From: Hypanus sabinus
Taxonomy: Eukaryota
Length of the DNA: 64,000 nt
Assembly: GCF_030144855.1 (NCBI RefSeq)
Contig: NC_082732.1
Span: 23,498,001 to 23,562,000, forward strand
Direction of reading: 5' to 3'
Shown: positions 53,501 to 64,000 of the stretch, one piece after another
How the letters are laid out: the number at the start of each line of letters is the position of its first letter
Position numbering within the stretch: position 1 is the stretch's first letter
Notes under the pieces: model-generated
What the model saw: the letters and a program-made list of their open reading frames with translations, nothing else
Told to the model about the DNA's origin: nothing
The model's database searches: none
Translations under genes and position numbers: made by a program

Positions 53501-56500
53501 TGTCTCTCAGTTTAGCTATTAGTATACATTGGTTTGTCCTACAGGTTTTTGCAGATTGGTTATGAGTATTCCCACCAATATGATCGGAGTAATTCCTACT
53601 AATACTATTATCTGCTGCTATAAGTACATTTGTTGAAGCAGGGAACTATATTAATTTCTATTATACTGAGATGAGAAGCTGATAGTGACAATTTCCCATC
53701 GGTGACATCATATCTTTGGTTTCCCACTCCTGAAAAAAATTAAACCAATATAATTACCTTTATTTTTGTGCAGATGTAGTGTATTGTATTTATTCTTATT
53801 TCACAACTACTTTATTCTCTTTAAAATGAGTATTTCATTTTTTTAATCACATTCCATTTTGTAACATGAATTTGTATCACTAACCCAAACCATTTGGTAT
53901 ATATGCTCTGCAAAATTTCCAGTCTCAATTCATATTAACATATCTTTTTTTCTCTTTCACCGATTAAACCCAGAAAGGTATTTTCTTCAGCCATCCCCAC
54001 ATTCTTTATTCTTAGAACCTTTTGACTAAATAATTTTCCTGAATTAATTCATGGATTTATTATTAACTCTTTCATTTATGGTCTCCTTTTGGACACCACA
54101 GTCAGAAACATGATTTCTTTATCCATCTTCCAAATCACTAAATGCTTTTTTTAAAAGATCTGTCAAATTACCTTTAAATTTATCTTTTCCACATTTACAG
54201 AATTTAATGTAAATTATTAGATTATTTAATATTTTAGTGAAAGAAAGACACATTGAATTATGGAGAGGAGACTGTAACGGGTTAAAATTACATTTGCATT
54301 TTCAGTATGAGTCATAGAGAAACAGCATGGAACTACGATTACTTTCTTTGGTTCTCATCGACCCTTTTGCTTACTTCTAGGCTTACAAAATGAATGCCAG
54401 TCCTCGAGGGTATTGTTTGATCATCAACAATGTGGACTTCTATCCAGACAGCAATTTAAAAAGCCGCCTGGGCTCTGACGTTGATTCTCAAAACGTTGAA
54501 AATCTCTTTGAGAAATTGTGCTTTAAGGTTATTGTTAAAAAAAATTTGACCAAACAAGTGAGTACTTCCACAATTAAGCACTAATTATGGGTTCATGGAG
54601 CTCACACTTGTGTCTGTTTATTGCAGTGCTGCCTTGCATTAGCCCCCATGCAATGAATTCTTAGTCAACTAAATGGGGCCCACAGCTTCAATACTAAGGT
54701 CTTTCAAAGAGCCAGGAAAGGAAACTTTTAACATGAAGAGACTGATTTTCTCTTTTGTATGCATGCGATTTGTGTATAAAATACGGGTCCTCATGGGTTA
54801 CAAATATTCGGCCTCAAGTGAAAAGTGCCTTTTCACTTTGATATGTTCAAAAGCTACGAATACATCAAGCCTATTGAGCATGGAACATCCTGATTTTGTA
54901 CCATTATAACCAAGTGGGGAAGATGATAAATAAATGCTCACATTAATTGGCCCTCAAAGGATTATCATATCAAGAGATTTGGTGTATTTTCTTACTGGTA
55001 ACAAAATCGACTTGCGGAGATCTGTAAAATATGAACTCATTTGTAACCCTGGACTACATGTTTAGCCATTCAAATTTTGTCCTGAAGCATTTATAGTCTT
55101 AAACAAAATAATTAAAACACAGAAAGGTGATGTACAAATGCAGAAAACTGTTGCAAAATACTTCCTTTTTGGAATCTCATGTTTCTAAAAATTAGCAAGG
55201 ACTTTTGGGAAAAGTAGACATTATTGGCACAGGCTTCTGCTTGATAATGTACGGGCTAACAGAACCAAATACGAACATTCCCATAATGAATTCATTCTTT
55301 CAGATATTTGATAAAAGACAAGTTCTAAGAGAGTCCTGTGGCATTATAGATTGTTTACTCCTGTTAGATGGTCATTTTTCATTATCATTCCATGATTTGT
55401 TGCTTAATCCTTATTGGTTTTCTGTTTTTCTTTTCGGACAGTGTATGTTGAACGAACTGGAAAGCCTGGCGCGTAAGGACCATACAAATCTTGATTGTTG
55501 TGTTGTAGTTATTCTTTCACATGGCAGTCAGGTTAGTTATGATGTTGACTTCATCAATGGGTATTTGTGCTGCATGAATTTCTGTGGACCACTATGATGT
55601 GAATTATTAAGGATGCATTCCTGTTTTTGCTTCATCTGTTTTCAAGTGTTTTGCTGTTTTCTCTTTGACTTTAAGTTATATTACAAATTAAGTTATTTAC
55701 CTTCTATGTTTTGGATCCCTTGTTCCATTCCTGCTGAATATGACTCATAATAGAACATAGAAATCTACAGCACATTACAGTCCCTTCAGCTCACAACATT
55801 GTGCTGACCGTGTAACCTACTCTAGAGGCTGCCTATAATTTTCCTACTGCGTAGGGAAATTTATTTTTCTAAGCTCCATGTACCTATCTAAGAGTCTCTT
55901 AAAAGACTCCATTTTATCCACTTCTACCACCGGTGCTGTCGGTATATTTGACGCACCCGTCACTGTGAAAAACTTAACTCTGACAGCCCCCTTGTACCTA
56001 CTTCCAAGCACCTTAAAACTATGCTCCCTCATGTTAGCCATTTCAGCCCTGGGGGAAAAAGCCTCTGGCTATCCTCTCATCATCTTATACACTTCTGTCG
56101 GGTCACCTCTCATTCTCCATCACTCCAAGAAGAAAAGGCCAAGTTCACTCAACCAATTCTCATAAGGCCTGCTCTCCAATACAGTCAACATCCTCGTAAA
56201 TCTCCTCTGCACTCTCTCTATAGTGTCCACATCCTTCCTGTAGTGAGGTGACCAGAACGGAATACAGTACTCCAAGTGGGGTCTAACTAAGGTCTTGTAT
56301 AGCTGTAACATTACCTCATGGCTCTTGAACTCAATCCCACGGTTGATGAAGGCTATCACACCATACGCTTTCTTAACAACACTGTCAAACTGCGCAGCAG
56401 CTTTGAGTGTCCTGTGGACATGGACCCCAAGATCTCTGATCCTCCACACTACCAAGAATCTTACCATTAATACTATATCCTGCCTTTAAATTTGACCTAC

Positions 56501-59500
56501 GGAAATAAACCACTTCACACTTATGTGGGTTGAGCTCCATCTGCCACTTCTCAGCCCAGTTCTACATCCTATTGGTGTCCTGCTGTAACCTCTGAGAACC
56601 CTCCACACTATCCACACCATCTCCAACCTTTGTATCATCAGCAAACATACTAACTCATCCCTCCACTTCCTCATCCAGGTCATTTATAAAAATCACAAAG
56701 AGGAGGGGTCCCAGAACAGATCCCTGCGGAACACCGCTGGTCACAATCCTCCGTGCAGAATATGAGCCATCTACAACCACCCTTTACCTTCTGTGGGAAA
56801 GCCAATTTTGGACTCACAAAGCAAGGTCTCCTTGGATCCCATGCCTCCTTACTTTCTGAATGAGATTTGCATGGGGAACCTTGTCAAATGCCTTACTGAA
56901 ATCCATATACACTACATCCACTGCTCTACCTTCATCAATGTGTTTTGTTACATCCTCAAAGAATTCATTCAGGCTTGTAAGGCACGACCTCCCCTTGACA
57001 AAGCCCTGCTGACTATCCCTAATCAGATTATGTCTCTCCAATGCTTATAAATCCTGCCTCTCGGGATCTTCTCCAACAAATCTTGGTATTCAAAATAACT
57101 GTTATTGTGTGCAATGTGGTATTGTCACCAATACCAAAGATGTCTTAATCTTAACGCACCAACATAATTATAAAATCCACTATAATTATATGGTTCTCAA
57201 ATATCTGAAGATGCCTTTTTTTTTTAATTGCTGCAAAGGACACTATCACCAGCAAGGTAAGAAGCATTAAATCCTTGCATAAAGCATTTTAAAGGAAGTG
57301 AAATGAAAACAGGATACTGGAAATGGATTGCAGGATTGTTAATACCTATCAGAGACTAGATTAAGATTTGGATAATCTTTTTGATACTGATTAGATTCTT
57401 GCTTCATTATATTTCAATCAAAATTTTGCATCCTAAACATTTACTTACCTAATGTTACTATTTCAGAATAACATTGTGCTTTTTGCCTACTTGAATGAAA
57501 ATTTTTTTTTAATTGAATAGAAAAATAAGAGGAGCTACATCTATGTTAAAAAATTTTTCTATGGTATATTTCCCCCAGTATATTTGTTAAAGAGTTTAGT
57601 TCAGCTGCATCATCACTTCAGCTGTTAAATGGTGGATAATCTGGATGGACCATCTCAGGGAAAAAAATGGGGAAAGTACCAGTAGTGTATAGAATATGCC
57701 TTTATTTGACTGGTATAAAACTGTCAATCTACATATAGCATCTTCTTCACACTTGTCCTCATTGGACAGGTAAATGTTAGCACTGGGATCGAGAAGCTTT
57801 ATAATTTTTGGTTCTTGTGAAGCACATCTATGTGAGGCAAATACAGAGTAAAGCTCAGTTTTCTTCCATATCACTCCATCAATGTAACTTAGCACATCCT
57901 CAAAAGGCATCCCCATTGCAATGTTCTGTTATTCTGCATTTCCTGTAAAACCCATCTTTGCCTTTTGACATGCTTAATTAACCACTGTTTATAAATAATT
58001 TATTTGAAATAATATTAGCAAGGAATGAGTTAGAAATTACATTAGCCACTTTTTTGGATTTAGATCCTTGCTTGTATAATGTTTAAAGTTATACATATGT
58101 TTCTATATTCAGGCTCAACATAGACAATTTCCAGGTGCAATATATGGAGTGGATGGAAGATTGCCCGTGGCAGTTCAGCACATCGTCAGCTTCTTTGATG
58201 GCTCGCACAGTCCAACGTTGCGTGAAAAGCCCAAAATATTCTTCCTTCAAGCTTGTGGTGGAGGTAGGTTAACAGTTGGAGAAAAATTAGTCGAAGTTAC
58301 TATTCAGGGGATGGTGGCCTTATCTGAGAATTAGTCCGGTCAAGCTCTGTTCTCAATTTTAGTTCAAATCCCCATCTGTCTATAGCCTTAAACTGTAATA
58401 TCAGTACCAAAATATTTGCAATCAAAAACTGTAGAGGCATTATAACCCAGTGGCCCGGATTAATAATCAAGAAAAAATGAATTAAAATTTTACAAGAATA
58501 GCAGTTTAGATTAAAACAAACCAAAGGTGATAAAAGATTAGTATTAGGAAAAGTAAGCTACTTGTTGTAAAACCCAAACTTTCAACAAACATACCGCCTT
58601 TACTTTATACAACACCATTTGTTATTCCTGAACCAAAAGATGGGTTCACAATGAATTAACAGTCAAGGTGTACAAAGAATTACAAAGGTAAAACTGCTTG
58701 CAGTGGAACAACAGAAAGATCTGAGAAGGGACTCAATAAGCTTATTCAACCCTATTTGAAAATATATTGTGTATTTATTATTTGAGTAATCTTGTAAATG
58801 TATTGTTTAAGCATTCTTTGTTGTTTATAGAATTCATTATAGTTATATATAAAAATACGTGAATTGCATATGTCATGATTTTACCATGTTTGCACTTTGC
58901 TTAAAGTAAACACAAACTAAGACTCGCATCTTTTGGGTTCCTGTCTTTTCCTTTCAAATTAGTTTAATGTTTTGGAGTTACAAAATATAACAGTGGTGTC
59001 AAGGTATTTTCAAAATGAACCCAAAGTGACTGCCTACATGTTGAAGTGCAGTGAGATGTCTGAGTTTTAAAAGAACACAGCAAAACAGTTGAGTTTTTTT
59101 TTAAAAAGCAGCGCAGTACATGTCTTCGGAAGGGAAGACGCGATCAAGTTAATAAAAAGGCAGGAAAACAGAAGAATTCATGGGTTCATAAACAGTGAGT
59201 ACTGGTTGACAACAATCATTTAAAATAAAGTGCGAAATGCCTGCCTACATTGGAAAGATTGGCACATTTAACTACACAACAGATAACTGGAGTTTGTATA
59301 CTTAGTGGATTGAGCAGTATTTTAAATCAAATGGAACAAGTACCAGTTTTGCTGAGTGCATTGGATTTAAAGGCATAGAGTTTGCTTAGGAGTTTGACTG
59401 CTTTAACCAAACCAGCAGAAATTAGCTTTGCTGATATCGTGAAAGTAATGCAGGAACAGGGCTGAGCACTGCTGTGTCTAGTAACGCCACCCCTCTCCCT

Positions 59501-62500
59501 TTAATCCCTCCTGCTCTATAATGTCCAAAACATTGTAACCATGAAACATTGAGTTGCCAGTCCTGCCTCTCCTGCCACCAAGTCTCACTAATGGCTACAA
59601 TGACATAATTCCACATGCTGATCCATGCCCTAAGCTTAGCCACCTTTCTTACAATACTCCTTAATAAGCATAGCTTAGAGCATTAGTCCTATCATGCTTG
59701 ACTCTTTGATTCCTGACTTTGTATTGTAGGGTTAACAGCATCTTTGTTCACAACCACTGCACTATCTGTTCTGGCACTCCATTTCCTATCCCCCTGCAAC
59801 TCTAGAGTCTAACTTTATGTGTGGCAATATATATTGATAAACATCACATCTGCTGGTTTCCTCCTTAACTAATTTGCTGGTTGTAGCCTCACAAAACTTT
59901 AATACATTTATCAAATATGTTTTCCTTTCATTACTCTGTGTCAACTCAGTCCATCGTAGCATTATCTTCTAAATGCCTTTAGTCGTAGATTCTAGAATTT
60001 TACCTAATATTGATGTCAGACAAACACGTCTATGGTTCCTACTTCCTGCCTCCTTCCTTTAATAAACAGTAGAAGTTGATAGAAACTATTCTATTACTTC
60101 TGGAATTTTGGAATGCATACACAATCTCAATCACCACCTCTTCCAAAGCTCAAGATACAGTTTGGAGATCCAAGGGATTCAATGGCTTTCAGTACCGTTG
60201 TATTTTTACTAACAAAGTTGAACACCCCTTTTCCAATATTACAAAATCTGAAAACCTTCAAAATCCGAATTCTTTTGAACACTGATATGACATCACAAAT
60301 GGAAAATACCATAAGGTGCTGGGAAGGTTCTAGACAATGCACAGGTTTCTGTATACCACAGATAGTTCTGAGATGTTGAACAATTCTGACCCCACCTGTG
60401 TAATGACAGAAGTTAATGGGAAAAAAACACTGCATAAAGTGAAAAATGAAGGTCTCGATCACAAAAGGGTGGTTTTTCAAAGTTAACATATGCCGCTTAA
60501 CATTAAGTTGATTATGAAGCCCTGCAAGATCTATCAGGACAAACTGCAAATTGAAGGTAATTGTGAATATTCAGCGAGCTAGTTGCAAAAATTAAGAAAA
60601 GGTACTGTGTTAACTTTTTAAAGATTTTAAAGATGACGAAGCAGCAGAGAAATTCACTGATGAATTTTCCAAGATCTTCGCTGATGAAAATTTAACACGC
60701 TGATCGGCTGTATCAGCACATATGTGTGATGAACAAGTGTAAGACAAAGACTGCAACACACTGTAACACACAAATTCAGAGTCAGGAATGATTGTGATGC
60801 CAAACAGCCACTGACTGTCCACCTGGTGGCTGAGGTGGTGATAGCTTACCTTTCTGATGGTTCAATGTACACATTGTTTCACGCACAAAATTATTAAAAT
60901 ATTTTATAAAACTACCTTCTCCCTCCTTCCTTCCTTCCTTGCTGTGGAATGGGCGGCTGTTTGAAATCGTTGGCAGATATGAAGCCAATAACAGCGTTGA
61001 GGGTAGTCATTCAACTCTGACCCAACTCCATCAAGTCAGACTGCTTTGTTTGCAGTCTGTTTACTCTGTGAGGTTCACACCAGCTGTAGATGAACTGTAT
61101 ATCTAATGCAAATGGATTTCATGTTTAGACTTGGGTCCCATCCCTATTATATAGATACAAATATTCCAAAATTTAAATCTGAAACATTTCCAGTTCCAAG
61201 CATTTTGGACAAGGTGTGCTCAATCTGTACTAATGTTCTGTCAGTTCCTGATTCATATCAGATCTGTTATTCTCATTATTTCCAGATTTTTCTATCTTTA
61301 ATCCTTAGTCTATAAAAGGGATTAGAATTTAACATTTTTGTTAATATCCACAGAAGCTTTTACTGCCTGTTGTATTGTTCTTGCTGAATCACTCTCATGT
61401 TCTTCACAAAATTCCCTTTTACTGTTTATTATTATTCTCAACTTCTTTACCTACTGCTTCATTTGTGTCCATTTGTCTTGTATCCATTTGAGTTTCACTT
61501 GTATCTGTCCATGAGACTCTCCTTCTCACAACTTGGGAATCAGGTGAAAGAGTAGAGGTACATGGAGAGTATTAAAAGTCAAAGTCAAGTTTATTGTCAT
61601 AGGCACCGTGTGTGTGTGTACATGTTCAATGAGAAGCTTACATGCAGCAGCATCACATAAGTAGCATTTGCAAGAAAAACATATTAAACTCAAATTATAT
61701 ACAATTTTTACAAAAACACAAGTAAAAAAAAATCTCTTTTAGTGCAAGTGATCTAAGTGGCCACTGTGTCACTGTAATGATTTGGGTTTGCCAGTTTGTT
61801 CATAAACCAAGGCTGAAGGAAAGTAGCTGTTCTTGAACCTGGAGGTGTGGAGCTTCTGTACCTCCTGGCCTATGGAGGTACAGATGTATTGACCTGGATA
61901 ATGATATTTGATGATAAATGTTGCCTTCTTGAGAGGGTGGGGAGGGATATGCCTGTGACGTACTGCACAGAGTCCATGACTCTCTGCACCTTCTTTCTTT
62001 CCTTTGCATTCGTATTGCCGTTAGGATACTTTCAACATTACATCTGTAGAAATTTGTTAAATGTTCCGTAACAAACTGAACCTTCTCTTAAGAAATAAAG
62101 ACACTGTTGTGCTTTCCTTCTTTATTACATTTATCTGTTGTGCCCAGCACAGCTTACCTGATTTGTTAATGCCCAGGAATTTAACGCTGCTGACTCTTTC
62201 CACCACCAATCCCCAATGTAAATTGATGCGTGTTTAATCTCCTTCCTCTTCCTGAAGGCACCAATCAGCTCTTTAGATGTGCTGGTGTTGAATGAGATTA
62301 TTGTTGTGCACCACCCAACTGGGTGTCCTACGTTGTTCTGGTACGCTGACTCATTACGACCTGTGATTCATCCTACAGCGGTAGTGTCATCAGCGAGTTC
62401 GAAGATGGAGTTAGAACTGAGCTTAGCCACACAGTCTTGTGTATAGAGAGTAGAGCAAGGAAGCACACAGCCTTGAAGTCCTCAGTGAGGAGGAGGCGTC

Positions 62501-62846
62501 GTTACAACAAATCCTCACTGATTGAGGTCTTTTGATGAGGAAGTTGAGAATACAGATCAGTATTGAAGAAAGCAATGAAGGGATTTCTTTTGCATCATAT
62601 GTTGGGGTATGCAACTTAGCTGAAATATCAGTCAATAAGTTATTGTGTTAAACTTTTACATTTTTGCAGATCAGAAAGACAAAGGATTCCACACAATGGA
62701 GGAAGTCGATAGTGCTCCTGATAAATTCTCTGAAGCTACCAGTCTACAGACAGATGCTACCCCTTTTCAAGGAGGGGATGAGCCCGATGCAGTATCAAGC
62801 TTACCAACTCCCAGTGATATCTTAGTTTCATACTCCACATTCCCAG
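50414..62846 (+). CDS. CASP9: Caspase-9, exons 1-7 (3' end outside the window)
   Basis: Exons 50414-50545, 51895-52135, 53142-53203, 54381-54557, 55442-55531, 58113-58263, 62670-62846 join in frame. CARD ([12 protein letters not shown]), catalytic SHG and QACGG, linker D|ATPF and DEPD|A. Confidence 0.96.
51895..52135 (+). CDS. CASP9: CASP9 exon 2 (CARD and linker)
   Basis: [34 protein letters not shown]; donor T|GTATGT. Confidence 0.9.
53142..53203 (+). CDS. CASP9: CASP9 exon 3 (short linker exon)
   Basis: TTTCAG|...ACG|GTGAGT; 62 nt converts phase 1 to phase 0 as required; [20 protein letters not shown]. An in-frame alternative acceptor lies at 53148. Confidence 0.75.
54381..54557 (+). CDS. 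CASP9: CASP9 exon 4
   Basis: [20 protein letters not shown]...RLGSDVD. Confidence 0.95.
55442..55531 (+). CDS. CASP9: CASP9 exon 5 (catalytic His)
   Basis: [18 protein letters not shown]. Confidence 0.95.
55750..57077 (-). mobile_element. CR1-clade LINE, 5'-truncated
   Basis: RT remnants [44 protein letters not shown]...[10 protein letters not shown]; TTCTATG-type tail at the left end. Confidence 0.92.
58113..58263 (+). CDS. CASP9: CASP9 exon 6 (catalytic Cys)
   Basis: [10 protein letters not shown]...[12 protein letters not shown]. Confidence 0.96.
58768..59460 (+). mobile_element. Gypsy-type LTR retrotransposon remnant (LTR, PBS region, start of gag)
   Basis: LTR-like segment ending TATAACA at 58992 followed by GTGG; gag-like [51 protein letters not shown] from 59237, with stops. 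Confidence 0.7.
59462..59805 (-). mobile_element. CR1-like LINE endonuclease fragment
   Basis: [19 protein letters not shown]...GRGVALL (APE endonuclease N-terminus). Confidence 0.7.
60213..61227 (+). mobile_element. Tigger/pogo-like DNA transposon remnant
   Basis: Imperfect TIRs CAAAGTTGAACACCCCTTTTCCAA / TTGGACAAGGTGTGCTCAATCTG|TA; decayed transposase-like sequence at ~60500-60700. Confidence 0.65.
61575..62560 (-). mobile_element. Decayed Rex1/Babar-like LINE 3' half
   Basis: Minus-strand remnants resembling [10 protein letters not shown] and RFKNSYF; AAAGTC-repeat tail at ~61575. Confidence 0.7.
62670..62846 (+). CDS. CASP9: CASP9 exon 7 (inter-subunit linker)
   Basis: QKDKGF...[35 protein letters not shown]. 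Confidence 0.95.
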
Positions 62847-64000
62847 GTACTTTCACTTAACTAGTTAATAACTTTGGAATAATGTGATCTTCTTTAAATA
62901 TAGATCCAAGTGTATGTCAACACATCCACATTTTGGCCTTGAACAATAACATATTCTTTTACAGGATTTTTATGAATATTAATACTGAAAAATATAGCAT
63001 TTTCCATTCAAGTTCTTGATCTCTGGTATTTTCCATTTGTCCCATTAGGCAACTTTTTTGAGCATAAGTACTGAAAAATCTTGTTAGTGACAATTGTATC
63101 ATGGGGAATAAAAAGTACATTTTCTTAAATGATATATAAAACTAATATTTTTAAATGAATAATGAATTTGAAAGGACATGAGCAGCTTTTAATAAAACAC
63201 AGTATTAGTACTCTGGGTATTCCTTATGAACCCCATTTACCAGAGTTGAAATGTTAGAGAATCATAGAAAGAAATGATAGATTCCCCCTATCTAGTTTAT
63301 ATCAAATAATCAATTCAGTGCAGCTGCCTCACTCTGTGCACATTACTTCTCTTCGTTTATTTATTGAATTCCTCTTTGAAAGCCACTGTTTCCACTACTC
63401 TTACAGACAGTGGGTTCTGGATCATAATCACTCAGCGTAAAGATTTCTTCAGAACCTCTGTGAGTTTTCCTCTCACTTTCTGCATGTGCCCCATGATTCT
63501 CAAACCATTCCTTAACAGGAATAACATCTCATTTTGTTCTCTCTGTAAGCTCTCCATAATGTACTCTCTTAGATCTCTGTGCTACCTTCTTCAAGGAGAA
63601 CAGTCCAGACTTTGCAATCTAACCTGTTCTCTAGCAATTTACCTTTTTACTAAAAGAGACCATTTTTCCCCTGTTGGTTATGTGATTGTTTAAGCATCTT
63701 TCCCGTATACTGGTCCTCCTTGCCATTGAGACAAGAGATAACCATGAAGTCTTCTCTTCACATGTAAGACGCAAAATTCAGGAGGAACTCAGTAGATCAG
63801 ACAGCATCTGTGGGGAGGAATAAAAACAAATGTGTCTGGCTGAGATCCTTCATGTGGACTGTTTCCCATAAAGCAGGACTGCAGAGCTCTAATTGATTGC
63901 TCAACATGACACTTCTGTTTAGCATGTATGTAATTTTGTTAGTGATAGTCAAAACCAGGTTGGGGTGAAGGTGGGTGGGTGAGAGAGGGGAGATAAAGTA

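Overview
Eukaryotic vertebrate DNA with long introns. The repeat landscape (CR1 and Rex1/Babar LINEs, Penelope elements, tRNA-derived SINEs, Tc1/pogo/hAT MITEs) suggests a cartilaginous fish, probably a ray; this is inference. Spliced genes were reconstructed by hand from GT-AG sites and reading frame. (1) The CpG-rich, apparently non-coding first exon of an unidentified minus-strand gene (~3577-3850). (2) DDI2, minus strand, 9 coding exons, 408 aa, followed by a large terminal exon carrying the RSC1A1-like ORF with a C-terminal UBA domain. (3) DDOST/OST48, minus strand, 11 exons, 447 aa, complete. (4) CASP9, plus strand, exons 1-7, running off the window. Most notable: DDI2 exon 9 is a 61-nt cassette exon carrying the stop codon. 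Skipping it splices exon 8 exactly in frame into the RSC1A1 exon, giving a predicted 1050-aa UBL-HDD-protease-UIM-disordered linker-(LIR?)-UBA protein. The exon has four RBFOX motifs (TGCATG) and QKI-type motifs in positions that usually repress inclusion, suggesting a tissue-regulated splicing switch that restores the UBA domain. Other points: a periodic YY1-motif array at the CASP9 promoter, an ERSE-like element at DDOST, a gene order different from human, and decayed hammerhead-ribozyme cores in Penelope-derived repeats. Most short ORFs in the supplied track are spurious or transposon remnants.
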